Assembly (NCBI GenBank): GCA_046290225.1
Contig: JBKAGE010000078.1
Location: forward strand, 160,001-224,000
Reading direction: 5' to 3'
Length of the DNA stretch: 64,000 nucleotides
Source of the DNA: Bradymonadia bacterium
GTDB lineage: Bacteria > Myxococcota_A > Bradymonadia > UBA7976 > UBA1532
Shown: positions 1 to 10,206 of the stretch, piece by piece
How the letters are laid out: each line of letters opens with the position of its first letter
How positions within the stretch are numbered: position 1 is the stretch's first letter
Translations under genes and position numbers: made by a program
The notes under the pieces: generated by a model
The model's input: the letters and a program-made list of their open reading frames with translations, nothing else
The model's database searches: none
What the model was told of the DNA's origin: nothing

Positions 1-51
1 CCCTCGATGGCGCCGCCCTCGTGAACTTGAACTGAAGGCGCTGGGAGTCTT

Positions 52-789
52 ATGCACGACGCACCGACAGCGGGCATCATCCTCATCGGCAACGAGCTGC
101 TCAGCGGCAAGATCGTCGATCAGAACGCCGCCTACCTCACCCGGCGCCTGCACGGCCTCGGGGTGATGGTGCGCCGGGTTGTCATCATTCCGGATGGTGT
201 TGATCTCATCGCTGAGGAAGTCAGGGTCTTCTCCGAGCAGTTCGATCACGTCTTCACCAGCGGTGGAGTGGGACCGACCCACGATGACATGACCATTGCC
301 GGTGTGGCCCGAGCCTTCGGTGTGTCCGTAATCACGGATCAGACTCTCGCAGACATCCTCACCGGACACTTTGGTGATCGCCTCACCGAGGCGCACATGC
401 AGATGGCCACGGTGCCTGATGGGGCTCACCTCATCCATGGCGGCGAAATCACGTGGCCAGTGGTGTCGATGCGCAATGTGTATGTGCTGCCCGGTGTGCC
501 CCAGATCTTCCGGGCGAAGATCGAGACCATCATCGAGCGCTTTCGACACAAGGAGATGGTGCTCCAGGCCTTGCTGCTCAATGCCGACGAGGGCGAGATC
601 GCAGCCCACCTCGCCGAGGTCGAAGTGCAGCACAGCGTGAGCATCGGCAGCTACCCTCGCCTCGATCGTGACTCAGATCATCGTGTGAAGGTCACTGTGG
701 AGAGTCTGGACGGCGCAGCAGTGGAGGCAGCCATTCAGGCGCTGCTGGACAGGCTCGACGCCACCTCAGTGGTCCGCGTCGAGCGCTGA
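52..789 (+). CDS. CinA-like molybdopterin-binding domain protein (competence/damage-inducible family)
   Basis: IILIGNELLSGKIVDQN, VFTSGGVGPTHDDMT and LPGVP motifs of the MoCF_biosynth/CinA N-terminal domain; no PncC domain. Confidence 0.85.
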   Translation: MHDAPTAGIILIGNELLSGKIVDQNAAYLTRRLHGLGVMVRRVVIIPDGVDLIAEEVRVFSEQFDHVFTSGGVGPTHDDMTIAGVARAFGVSVITDQTLADILTGHFGDRLTEAHMQMATVPDGAHLIHGGEITWPVVSMRNVYVLPGVPQIFRAKIETIIERFRHKEMVLQALLLNADEGEIAAHLAEVEVQHSVSIGSYPRLDRDSDHRVKVTVESLDGAAVEAAIQALLDRLDATSVVRVER

Positions 790-792
790 CAC

Positions 793-1731
793 CTACTTGC
801 CGCTGACGAAGTAGTCAGTGCGATCTTTGATCAGCACATTGAAGGTGGTGAGGCTGCCGTAGCAGCGCCTGAGGTAGGTGGCCATGGAGTCGGCCTCGTC
901 AGGCACCACGTGGGGGTGCGCCGAGATGATCTCCTCGAGGGCGTAGAGCTGATCCCTGAGCAACATCAAACGTCGATAGAAGGCCTGCATCGACTCCTCG
1001 ACGGTGTTCTGCTCCACGATGTACCGCACCTTGCCACCGGCCCAGCGCTCGCCCATGTCGGGCACCTTCCGCGTCAGGCTGCTCCACCAGACCTCTTCGG
1101 TGAGCTCTCGCAACACGCGGGCTGCGGGGGTCTCTCCAGGGGCGAGCATCCACTGAGTGGCCAGCCGGGTGATGGCGCCATGGCACACGGTGATGCGCCG
1201 GTCGATCTCGAGCTTCTCCACGTCGTGCAGCTGGCTGTGGCTGTTGATCTTCTGCTCGAGCACCCGAAGGTTGTCGCGCATCATCACCAGCTTGTGGAAG
1301 AAAGTGTCGAGGGCAATCTCTTTGATTTTGAGACTCTCGTCGGCGGGCGTCAGGTGCATCACCCCCCCGGCCCAGGTGCGGCCGGTGTCTCGGGATGTGA
1401 CCAGCGTCGACTCCCCGAGGTTGGCCGTCAGATGTACCTTCAGCGCCCCTGCATCGAGGGCCGACAAGGCGATCTGAATGGTCTCTGCAGGCACATCTAC
1501 GGGATCGATGACCACGCCACCGCTGCTGCTGGAGCGACGACTTGAGCGTCGGCGGCTGGAGTCCACCACGACGGGTGGGTTGAGATCACCATGGCGGGAG
1601 AAGGAGGGGCATGCCCGGGTCGATTCGGGGATGACCCCCATGAGCTTCTCGAGACGACAGCGACCGAGGCGGCCATCATCACGGGTGCGCGTCTCTCTGA
1701 AGAACCGACAGCCACCGCAGTGCTGCTCCAT
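793..1731 (-). CDS. Hypothetical protein with N-terminal Cys cluster and an internally duplicated helical domain
   Basis: Starts MEQHCGGCRFF; two related blocks WAGG...FFHKLVMMRDNLRVLEQKINSH and WAGG...FYRRLMLLRDQLYALEEIISAH; ATG at 1731 chosen. Confidence 0.75.
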   Translation of the reverse strand: MEQHCGGCRFFRETRTRDDGRLGRCRLEKLMGVIPESTRACPSFSRHGDLNPPVVVDSSRRRSSRRSSSSGGVVIDPVDVPAETIQIALSALDAGALKVHLTANLGESTLVTSRDTGRTWAGGVMHLTPADESLKIKEIALDTFFHKLVMMRDNLRVLEQKINSHSQLHDVEKLEIDRRITVCHGAITRLATQWMLAPGETPAARVLRELTEEVWWSSLTRKVPDMGERWAGGKVRYIVEQNTVEESMQAFYRRLMLLRDQLYALEEIISAHPHVVPDEADSMATYLRRCYGSLTTFNVLIKDRTDYFVSGK

Positions 1732-1877
1732 CACACCTCCTCTGATCTGCACACAATGACTCAGCCCGACGAGTCACCGTATTCGAAGCTATCCCACCTG
1801 AGATCATGGCGCTACCCCCTTCCCCAAGGCAGAGCGATCGCACACAGATGTGCTGTGGCTCCGGGCTGGCCCCTGCA

Positions 1878-3671
1878 TCAGCGGGTCTCCAGGCTCTTCG
1901 GGCGGAGCGTCCACTCCACGGCTGGGCGCTTGCCCTCTCTCTCTGGCCGCTCGACCTGCCACACAAGTCCGGTCCAGCCATCGCGGTTCAGAGGTGTGGG
2001 GCTGGGCAAGGCCCGATCTGGGCTCACACTGAGTTGCTGATCGGGGCGGTGAAGAATGATCACCCTCGACGGCAACGCGCCGAAGAACTCAGGCACGTCG
2101 ATGCGCCCGGAGGTGGCGGCGGACGCCTTCTCCACCCACGCCTCCTGATGCAGGCCTCTCTCGAGAGGCAACGAAAGGAGCACTTCAGCCTCAGGGGGAG
2201 CGCCCTGCTCCGGCCCCGAGACGACCCGATGACTCAGCCGCCAGACGGCCTGCGTGTCGATCACGACGAGTGTGGTGGATCCTTTGGGGATATTCAGACT
2301 GTCGTGCTCCAGGATCTTCGACCAGCGGGGTTCGAGTGCAGGCGGGCGGGTACGCCAGCTTGCAACCTCGCCACCCCGAACAGCGGCCTCCTCCTTCGCC
2401 GTCTCTGCCCATGCCTGGGCCTCGTTGAGGTGCCAGAGACGCGCGAGGGCATGCCAGGGGCGCGGATCTCGAGGCACCTCTTCAGTGAGTGTTTTCAGTA
2501 TGGGGAGCGCGATCTGAGGTGAGGTGTCTGTCTGCAACCGGGCTACGGTCAGCCTGCTCTGAGCTGTGGTGTAGGGTCCTGCGCTCAGCACCGCCAGCGC
2601 ACGCCAGCGGCTGAGGGGCTTCTCCGCGCCAGCCCCTTCGAGCATGTTCATCGCTGCAGCCCACTGCCCGTCGGCATCGAGTGGCCACCTACGCCGCCAA
2701 CGCTCAACCATTTCATGGCGCAGGTCAGAATCACCCAAGAGCGGATCCGCCGCCCACCACCAGGCTTGCCGCAGGGCGGTCCACGCCCCTGGCCGGCGCG
2801 CCTGAGCTTCCAGCAGATCACTGTAGGTGCCTCTTGGCGTGCTCTCGACGGTCATGGGCGACATCGGTCGCCCGTGGGCCCCGTCGCTGCACTGGGGCAG
2901 AGGCCCAGGTGTTTCGCTCAGCAACCAGAGGGTGACGGGGGCATCCTGAGCGACGACGTCGAGACCTGCACCGCCAGCGCCCAGAGCCAACTGGCGCCAC
3001 AGGAAGGCAGCCCCCTGTTCTGAATGCTCGACGAGTTGCACGTCACCCCAGGTGATCTCCACTGGCCCTCTAGGCGAGCTCACCGCCAGGTGACCACGCC
3101 AGGGTGCGTCGAGTGTGCATCGCCAGTGTCCGGTGCTCACGGACAACCAGGGTACGGGGCGCCCCTCTGCAGGCAGCCTCGCCTCGAGCCAGGGCGTGAG
3201 CACAGCCAGCAACTTCACCTGGGGGTGTAGAACATTCCATGCCTCAGACACGGCATCAGGCAGCAGCTTTGGGCTGGGCCAGCCATCAGCGACCATCCGC
3301 CGCGCCACCGCGAGCAGCACAGCGGACTGAGGAGACGCCGGCTTCTCTCGGATGGCCCTCGAGGCTGCTGCGTCGAACTGCTCTGGTGCCCCAGCCATGG
3401 CTGCTCTGATGGCGATCCGGGCGTGGGCTTCTGGTGTGTCCAGGACCCGAGCCACGACGTCTGCCTGCTCGGGCGCGTCGCCATGAAAATCCAACAGCGA
3501 TTCCAAACGCCGCAGGCCCACCGGGCCCAGACTGCCATCGACGAAGTGGGCGGCCCTCAAGGACTCCATCTCCACCTGGAGAGGCTCGGGCTGCTCGTGC
3601 GCTGGTGGACGCTGTGGTGCGCCGCAGCCCAGCATCTGCAGTGTCACGCAGGCAATCACCAGCCACCTCAT
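1878..3671 (-). CDS. Hypothetical lipoprotein with TPR-like segments
   Basis: MRWLVIACVTLQMLGC signal plus lipobox; ATG overlaps the upstream stop (ATGA 3668-3671); TPR-like EEVPRDPRPWHALARLW. Confidence 0.6.
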   Translation of the reverse strand: MRWLVIACVTLQMLGCGAPQRPPAHEQPEPLQVEMESLRAAHFVDGSLGPVGLRRLESLLDFHGDAPEQADVVARVLDTPEAHARIAIRAAMAGAPEQFDAAASRAIREKPASPQSAVLLAVARRMVADGWPSPKLLPDAVSEAWNVLHPQVKLLAVLTPWLEARLPAEGRPVPWLSVSTGHWRCTLDAPWRGHLAVSSPRGPVEITWGDVQLVEHSEQGAAFLWRQLALGAGGAGLDVVAQDAPVTLWLLSETPGPLPQCSDGAHGRPMSPMTVESTPRGTYSDLLEAQARRPGAWTALRQAWWWAADPLLGDSDLRHEMVERWRRRWPLDADGQWAAAMNMLEGAGAEKPLSRWRALAVLSAGPYTTAQSRLTVARLQTDTSPQIALPILKTLTEEVPRDPRPWHALARLWHLNEAQAWAETAKEEAAVRGGEVASWRTRPPALEPRWSKILEHDSLNIPKGSTTLVVIDTQAVWRLSHRVVSGPEQGAPPEAEVLLSLPLERGLHQEAWVEKASAATSGRIDVPEFFGALPSRVIILHRPDQQLSVSPDRALPSPTPLNRDGWTGLVWQVERPEREGKRPAVEWTLRPKSLETR

Positions 3672-6586
3672 GGCGACACTTCCTCCGCTCTGGGTGTCAC
3701 GGTGACCGCGGCGGGCTGCGCCTCTCCTGTGACGTCGAGCTCTACCTGCCATGTGTCGACGTCCGAACGGGACCAGCGCTGCAGCCCCTTCGGGGGCTGC
3801 GTATCCCAACGCTCCGGCACGTTGAAGGTGCCTTCGACACGCACGCGCCAGGGCGTGGGCACATCGAGCGGTGGGAACGGCCACAGGGGCACACCGACAG
3901 GCTCTACTTCGGGGATGCGCAGGCTCACAGTGCCTGTGCGTCCGTCGCGTGCCCCATTGATCCATTTCGCAGCGGGAAACGCCTGTTCGAGGTGCGCCAT
4001 GATGGCGTCGCGTGCAGGCCAACGAGGTGCCAGCGCTGCAGGCAGTTGCACTGCCCACTGAACCAACACTGCGCCATCTGAAGTCACCTGCCAGCTCAGC
4101 GTCGAGGGCTGTTCAGCGGTCAACACGCCAGGGGATGGTGGCACCCATGGTCGAGGCGAGCCCTGCAGAGGGATCGCCAGATGAGGTGCTCGGAAGTCTC
4201 GTGGCACCGGGTGCAGTGTGCCCTCGTAGAAATACTTCTGTCGGGTGGGCAGCCACAGCGCTGGCTGGTCGAGCTCTTCGAAGAGCGCAGGAGAGTCGGG
4301 CAGCATACGGCCGGAGGGCCAGTGACGATGCGCCGCGACCACCAGGCTGTCTTCTCCCATCGAGGCCAGCATCGCCTGGAGCGCAAAGGCGCACCCCCAT
4401 GCGTCCACCCCGTGCAACCCCTCTGCGACACCGCTCAACATGCCCAGGCTATGGGCAGAGCGCCTCTGGCCACCGCATCGGCCCGTGGAGGACGTCCAGG
4501 CCGACCAGACGCTGAGAGGATCCCCCTGTGCATCGGCCCGCTTCGCCGAGATGTATGCGTCGTTCAGCCTGAGGCGCTCGACGGCGCGCGGATCCGCACG
4601 AAGCCGCGCCACCACCGACCAGTCCGCCGCTGTGCTCAGCGCGATCTGCGGGCGGGGTCCAGAGCGACGCAGACGCCAGCGTCGTACGGGGGCCTCCAGG
4701 CGCCCTGCAGGCACACTCTGTACGCCATCCTCCTCGATAAAGCTCACCCACAGAGGCAAATCCATGGGCGCCTCGATGTGCAGTTCGAAGTCTCCACCAT
4801 GACCGGACTCGGGGATCAGGGCCGAGAAGGCCCGTCCAGGGCGGGGGCGTCGATCGACTGGGGCCCAGACATCTCTCACGAAGAGGCGGCGCCCACCGGA
4901 TGGTGGCACCTCATCTCCGAGATACTCACCCGCGTCATTGAACCATCGTGTTGTCCGATGGCCCGCCACGAGGCCCCCTGGGGCAGTCTCTGGCAGTGGA
5001 AGCGGTCGAGTACCTTCACCAGTATCTGGAGGCGCCAGAATCATCAACTCACGGCACCACTGAGGGCGGCCTCCAGCATCGAGCCTCAACCACCACCTAT
5101 CGCTCAGAGTCGTGGGTGTGCTGACCGCCTCGGAAGGCGCCTTCATCACCAGAAGCGCTGGGGGCGTCGGCGCGTCGAGGTGACAGGGCGTCACGCTCGG
5201 ATCGAGTTCACCGGCAGCGGCAGCAGCCAGTCGCGTACGGTGTTCGACTTGATCTCTGCCTTCAAAGTCCCCCAGAGCCAACCCACGGCGCCAGGCCTCT
5301 CGAGCTTCCAACAACCGGCCTGCAGCCCAATGTGAATCGCCGAGGGCCGCCCACACTTCGGCGCGACCAGGGGCGAGCGCTGCGAGGCGCGCCAGGGCCT
5401 CTGCAGGCGACGCATTCGTTTGGGCCTCAGTGATGGCCCGGGTCATCGAAAATCCTGGGTCGTCTGGCCGCCGGCACCCGATCTCCCCCGGGCCGCACAT
5501 CCCGGAGCGTGCCCCCACGCTCAATCCCAGCCCCCACCCTGCCCAACGTTGTTCACGGGCCATCCAGTCGGTCATCTGAAGGCCCGAGCGGTCCTGGCTC
5601 AGCGAGAGCAGCCTGGCAAGCGCTCGCTGTCGAGTTGTGCCGGAGGCAGTCGCTGCAAGGGCAGTCCACCCCTGTACATGTGTGGGGTCCGCATCGAGGA
5701 CGGCCTGCCAGGCGGTCTCGGCGTCGATGCCTGTCACCGTAGCCCAATGGGCCCACTGCAGGGCACGTTCGAGGTCAGGCCGGGCCAGCCATGCGGCGTA
5801 GGCCGTCGCCTGAGGATCCATCCACGCTGTGGGATCGGCGCGACCCACCTCCATCTTGCCCGCGTCAGTGGCCTGAGAAGGCGGCAGGATCGGGACCCCC
5901 TCCCCCTCACCCTTCGACAGCCTGACGATCGCCTCAGCTGGCCGGCGACCACGACACAACAGCACCTCAAGCGTGTGCGCGCCGGGGCGTAGTCGGAGCG
6001 GCCACCGGCGGGCGTCCAGGCCAGGGCGGTGGCCTGCTTCACCAGAAGCCACCAAGTGCCCATCCACCCAGATGCGATATGGGCGAGTGGCGCCGATGCC
6101 GATCTGCACCCCGCCCTCTCCCTCAAACCGCGTACGCAAAGCCACCCCACCCTCAGCGTATCGGACGAGCTCGCCCGCAGGCACCACACCGTTCACCACA
6201 GCGGACGAGATGTTTCGAAGGTGCGCCATCTCCCCGCGCTTCCACGGCGGGGCGAGATCCTGGTCGGCACAGCCCCGCCCCACCACGTGCGGGTCCAGCT
6301 CAGCCATCTCCCAATCGACAAAGACCCCCTGCGCCTGGAGGGCTGCGTGGGCCTGCTTCACAGCCCCGCGTCGCCCCTCTACCCCGGCGAGGATCACCGC
6401 CCGGCGAGCTGCGAGCATCAGACCTGCAACTGGGGGCATGCGCTCTTCCACAGTCTCTGGAGGTCCGGAAAACACGACCCTCTCCAGGGCGAGGTGAGGC
6501 ATCGGATCAGGGACGGCGAGATCCTGCCCGTGGGCGAGCGAGACGCCCAACAGAGCACAAATCATGAAGGTGGGTGCGGTACGCAT
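3668..6586 (-). CDS. Large exported TPR-containing protein, probably a degenerate DUF3857/transglutaminase-like protein
   Basis: Signal peptide MRTAPTFMICALLGVSLAHG; TPR-like APGRAEVWAALGDSHWAAGRLLEAREAWRRGL; STAADWSVVA and DAWGCAFALQAMLASMG resemble a transglutaminase-like core. Confidence 0.5.
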   Translation of the reverse strand: MRTAPTFMICALLGVSLAHGQDLAVPDPMPHLALERVVFSGPPETVEERMPPVAGLMLAARRAVILAGVEGRRGAVKQAHAALQAQGVFVDWEMAELDPHVVGRGCADQDLAPPWKRGEMAHLRNISSAVVNGVVPAGELVRYAEGGVALRTRFEGEGGVQIGIGATRPYRIWVDGHLVASGEAGHRPGLDARRWPLRLRPGAHTLEVLLCRGRRPAEAIVRLSKGEGEGVPILPPSQATDAGKMEVGRADPTAWMDPQATAYAAWLARPDLERALQWAHWATVTGIDAETAWQAVLDADPTHVQGWTALAATASGTTRQRALARLLSLSQDRSGLQMTDWMAREQRWAGWGLGLSVGARSGMCGPGEIGCRRPDDPGFSMTRAITEAQTNASPAEALARLAALAPGRAEVWAALGDSHWAAGRLLEAREAWRRGLALGDFEGRDQVEHRTRLAAAAAGELDPSVTPCHLDAPTPPALLVMKAPSEAVSTPTTLSDRWWLRLDAGGRPQWCRELMILAPPDTGEGTRPLPLPETAPGGLVAGHRTTRWFNDAGEYLGDEVPPSGGRRLFVRDVWAPVDRRPRPGRAFSALIPESGHGGDFELHIEAPMDLPLWVSFIEEDGVQSVPAGRLEAPVRRWRLRRSGPRPQIALSTAADWSVVARLRADPRAVERLRLNDAYISAKRADAQGDPLSVWSAWTSSTGRCGGQRRSAHSLGMLSGVAEGLHGVDAWGCAFALQAMLASMGEDSLVVAAHRHWPSGRMLPDSPALFEELDQPALWLPTRQKYFYEGTLHPVPRDFRAPHLAIPLQGSPRPWVPPSPGVLTAEQPSTLSWQVTSDGAVLVQWAVQLPAALAPRWPARDAIMAHLEQAFPAAKWINGARDGRTGTVSLRIPEVEPVGVPLWPFPPLDVPTPWRVRVEGTFNVPERWDTQPPKGLQRWSRSDVDTWQVELDVTGEAQPAAVTVTPRAEEVSP

Positions 6587-6720
6587 CGGCGGCAGCATAC
6601 CCCAAACCGCCGACTCGACGACCCTTTGCAGTCTGCTTCGCGATTCAGCCCTTTGCGCCTGCGGCACAAGGATGACACACTGCCTGCGTTCGTGCCCCGA
6701 ATCACAACTCAAGGAGCCCC

Positions 6721-7533
6721 ATGGATCCCCGGCAAGCCATCATCGAAGAGGCCGCCGCCCACCCTGAAAAACGAGAGGCAGCCCGAGAGGCCGTCTTCAG
6801 CGTGCTCGACGACCTCGACCGCGGCGCTCTGCGGGTGGCAGAGCCCGGCGAAGGCGACGACTGGATCATCCACGAGTGGATCCGCAGGGCCATCCTGCTG
6901 TACTTCGCCCTGAGCCCCATGGAGATCATGGAGGCCCCCCCCTTCGAGTTCCGCGATCGCATCCGCCCCAAGCAGAACCTCGAGGCCGCCGGCGTCCGGG
7001 TGGTCCCCCCTGGCGTGGCTCGGTACGGCAGCCACCTCGAGCCCGGTGTCATCCTGATGCCGGGATACGTGAACATCGGCGCCCGCGTCGGCGCGGGCAC
7101 GCTCGTGGACACGTGGGCCACCGTGGGCAGCTGCGCCCAGATCGGTGCCGGCGTGCACCTCAGCGGTGGGGTGGGCATCGGCGGGGTGCTGGAGCCCCCC
7201 GGTGCGAGTCCGGTCATCATCGAAGATCACGCTTTCATCGGATCCCGATGTGTCGTCGTCGAGGGCGTGCGTGTGGGCAAGGGCGCCGTGCTCGGCGCCA
7301 ACACCATCCTCACGAAAACCACCCCCATCATCGACGTCACCGGTGAGGCCGAGGTCATCCACAAGGGTCGGGTGCCCGCAGGCTCCGTGGTGATTCCCGG
7401 TGTGCGGCCTCGACAGTTCCCCGCAGGCACGTATCATCTGCCTTGCGCCCTGATCATTGGCCATCGCACCGAGTCCACTGATCAGAAGACCTCGCTCAAC
7501 GACGCTCTGCGTCGCTTTGATGTTCCCGTATAG
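6721..7533 (+). CDS. dapD: 2,3,4,5-tetrahydropyridine-2,6-dicarboxylate N-succinyltransferase
   Basis: GVRVVPP, YVNIGA, VDTWATVGSCAQIG, HLSGGVGIGGVLEP hexapeptide signature; AAGGAG RBS upstream. Confidence 0.97.
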   Translation: MDPRQAIIEEAAAHPEKREAAREAVFSVLDDLDRGALRVAEPGEGDDWIIHEWIRRAILLYFALSPMEIMEAPPFEFRDRIRPKQNLEAAGVRVVPPGVARYGSHLEPGVILMPGYVNIGARVGAGTLVDTWATVGSCAQIGAGVHLSGGVGIGGVLEPPGASPVIIEDHAFIGSRCVVVEGVRVGKGAVLGANTILTKTTPIIDVTGEAEVIHKGRVPAGSVVIPGVRPRQFPAGTYHLPCALIIGHRTESTDQKTSLNDALRRFDVPV

Positions 7534-7541
7534 GCTGGCAC

Positions 7542-8393
7542 ATGGAAGACGATCTGACTCGTGACCCGCCACAGGCCTCTCCTGTGGACGATCTCTTCGG
7601 CGGCGATGCGCTCGATCTCGGCGAGGCCGAAGCGCCCTCCAAACCCTCGCGGCGGTTTGGCGGAGGTGGCCGCCGGCCACAGATGAGCTGGGTGATCATG
7701 GGGGTGGGCGGGCTGCTGTTCCTCATCATCTTCTGGTACCTGTCCAGCGCCCAGCGCGACCGATACTACATCGAAGTCGATGACGGTCAGGTCTCCGTGG
7801 AGCGGGGGCTGTTCTTCCCCTTCGGCTCTGGTGAGTGGCAGCCCAACCGCGCGTACAAACCCTTCACCCTGCCCCCCGGCGTCACCCCCGAAAAGACCGG
7901 GGCCATGACCGCCGAGGAAGCCGATCAGGTGCTCTTCTCGCTCTACATGACCATCGCCGATCGTCAGGTGAAGGATCTCGATGGCGGTGATCCCGAGCTC
8001 GCGGAAGAAATGCTGCTCCGGGCCAACAAGCTTAACCACACCACCACCAAAGATGATCGCAAACTGTTGTCCATGATGGGCGATGTGCACTTCACACGGG
8101 GCATCTCTCAGATTCGGGGCATCCAAGCCCAGTTCGACGAAGCCCTCGCGCAGTTCCGCATGGCAGCCCAGCGAGGTGGCGTCACGTACAAGGGCGCTCA
8201 CCAGTGGGTTGAGGCCATCGAACGCCTGCGCTCCGAGTTTCGGATTCTCTCCGAGCGCAGCGGCATCAACCCCGACGAGATCCTCGCCCGACCCCCTCGA
8301 CCTCTCGATCTCAAGGCGCGCTCCGAAGGCGCCGAAGGCGAAGAAGAGACAAAGGGTGACGCGGCCGACGCCGGACCCCCTGAAGAGGACTGA
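7542..8393 (+). CDS. Hypothetical single-pass membrane protein
   Basis: One hydrophobic helix (WVIMGVGGLLFLIIFWYL) then a soluble helical domain; 8 bp after dapD. Confidence 0.7.
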   Translation: MEDDLTRDPPQASPVDDLFGGDALDLGEAEAPSKPSRRFGGGGRRPQMSWVIMGVGGLLFLIIFWYLSSAQRDRYYIEVDDGQVSVERGLFFPFGSGEWQPNRAYKPFTLPPGVTPEKTGAMTAEEADQVLFSLYMTIADRQVKDLDGGDPELAEEMLLRANKLNHTTTKDDRKLLSMMGDVHFTRGISQIRGIQAQFDEALAQFRMAAQRGGVTYKGAHQWVEAIERLRSEFRILSERSGINPDEILARPPRPLDLKARSEGAEGEEETKGDAADAGPPEED

Positions 8394-8510
8394 TCTGACC
8401 TTCATTGGGAAGACGCTCGACCTGAAGACGATTAATCCGTGTGCAGGGCCGCCACCGGTGGCCCTGTGGCGGCATCCCACTTCTCTGATCGGCTATACTC
8501 TCGGCTTGTG

Positions 8511-9710
8511 ATGGGACGACACGCACCAGTCTGGCCGAGGCTCCTCCTCAGTACAGGCGTCTCGACGGCCATTGTCTTTGCCGCCTTGTGGCTGACGGTG
8601 AGCTACGTCCAGATCCCGTCGAAGAGCGAGATGAAGCCGATGTCGCTCCCAGCGCGGCAGGCGGTCACTCTGCTCACCGAGCGCGAAGTCCGGCAGATGC
8701 TCTCTCGCAAGAGCCCTCAGCGCCCCAAACCACCCAAAAAGAAAGAGCCCGAGAAGCCTGAGGAGAAAAAGATCGATCTCGCCAAGGGTCAGGTGGTGGA
8801 GATCCCGCCCCCAGTGCGAGAAGAGGTGCCCGAGAACACCAATCTGGTCTCTGATTACGACAGCAAAGTCGAAAAGCAGATGATCGCCAACACCAACAAG
8901 CCTCCATCTCAGAAGATGATCAAAGGGCCTGAGGTGAAGGTGTCGCCCGGTGACGATCCCGACGGCAACACTCGGGAGCGCAAGCGCCCGGCGAAACGCT
9001 CGAAGCGCAAGAGCAAGCGCCGCAAGGGCCCTCAGCGCAAAGACGACGGCATCGCACGGCAGAACCCGTCGGAGAAGGTGGGCCAGCAGAGCAACACCAA
9101 GACCAAGAGCGCCAAGTGGCAGGAAGAGGTCCCCGGCGTCAAGGACATGGCCAAGGTGGCCGACGGCAGCCTGCAGTCCGAGCAGGAGCGCCAGCGGGCC
9201 AATACTCAAGGCGGCAACGGGCCCATGGCCTCTGCCGGGGCCCCTGAAGACTACCGCTCTCTGCTGCCCACCATGGGCCTCACCGAGCAAGAAGCCAGCG
9301 TGGGCTCGGTGGACCGCGTCGAAGATGTAGCTGATGGCCCCCAGACCCTGCTCAACACCCGGTCTTCAAAGTACGCCTGGTTCTTCAACCGGGTGAAGAA
9401 CCAGGTGGTCCAACACTGGCGCCCGGGTCAGGCCTATCGGCGACGGGATCCTTACGGTCGGGTGTACGGCCGAAAAGACCGCGTCACTGTGGTGGAGGTC
9501 ACCCTCAACCCCAAAGGTGGCCTCGAAGACATCTACATCAAGAAAGACAGCGGCGTGGCCTTCCTCGACGAGGTGGTCATCCAGGCCTTCCAAAAAGCCC
9601 AGCCCTTCCCCAATCCCCCAGCAGGGCTCAAGGGGGACGACGGCATGATCACCTTCAGCTTCGTGTTCTATCTGGAGCTGAACCGCCCGGGGATGCGATT
9701 CTTCAGGTAA
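8511..9710 (+). CDS. TonB-family protein (N-terminal anchor, Lys/Pro-rich linker, TonB C-terminal domain)
   Basis: TM segment, KPPKKKEPEKPEEKK linker, C-terminal SGVAFLDEVVIQAFQKAQPFPNPP. Confidence 0.8.
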   Translation: MGRHAPVWPRLLLSTGVSTAIVFAALWLTVSYVQIPSKSEMKPMSLPARQAVTLLTEREVRQMLSRKSPQRPKPPKKKEPEKPEEKKIDLAKGQVVEIPPPVREEVPENTNLVSDYDSKVEKQMIANTNKPPSQKMIKGPEVKVSPGDDPDGNTRERKRPAKRSKRKSKRRKGPQRKDDGIARQNPSEKVGQQSNTKTKSAKWQEEVPGVKDMAKVADGSLQSEQERQRANTQGGNGPMASAGAPEDYRSLLPTMGLTEQEASVGSVDRVEDVADGPQTLLNTRSSKYAWFFNRVKNQVVQHWRPGQAYRRRDPYGRVYGRKDRVTVVEVTLNPKGGLEDIYIKKDSGVAFLDEVVIQAFQKAQPFPNPPAGLKGDDGMITFSFVFYLELNRPGMRFFR

Positions 9711-9728
9711 GGCTCAGTTGGGGCCCGA

Positions 9729-9766
9729 AGAAGAGTCTCAGAGAAGAGGCCCAGAGGAGAGGCTCA
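9729..9766. repeat. Three imperfect 13-bp tandem repeats
   Basis: agaagagtctcag / agaagaggcccag / aggagaggctca between convergent genes. Confidence 0.5.
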
Positions 9767-10153
9767 ACCCCCAGCGGCGAGCAGCGCGTCGTAGTCGGCG
9801 GCGCTCATGAGGCCCTCGAAAGCCCCAGCGTCCGCAGGCTTGATCTTGATCATCCACCCATCACCATACGGCGCTGAGTTCACCAGCTCAGGCGCATCGG
9901 CGAGGCCCTCGTTCACCGCGGTGATCTCACCAGCGATGGGGGCGAAGAGATCACTCACGGTCTTCACGGACTCCACAGTCCCGAACTGCGCTTCAGCGTC
10001 GACGTCGTCGCCCACGGCGGGCAGTTCCACGAAGACCACATCACCCAGAGCATCCTGAGCGTGATCGGTGATGCCCACGGTGATGGTGCCGTCGGCTTCG
10101 AGACGGGCCCACTCGTGGTCCTTGGTGTAGCGCAGCTCTGCGGGGCTTCCCAT
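9764..10153 (-). CDS. gcvH: Glycine cleavage system H protein
   Basis: [28 protein letters not shown], lipoyl motif [28 protein letters not shown] upstream. Confidence 0.97.
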   Translation of the reverse strand: MGSPAELRYTKDHEWARLEADGTITVGITDHAQDALGDVVFVELPAVGDDVDAEAQFGTVESVKTVSDLFAPIAGEITAVNEGLADAPELVNSAPYGDGWMIKIKPADAGAFEGLMSAADYDALLAAGG

Positions 10154-10206
10154 GCTTGGCTCCTCGAATCGTAGGGTGACGCCCTCAGGCGCCAGGTGAA
10201 GATGAA

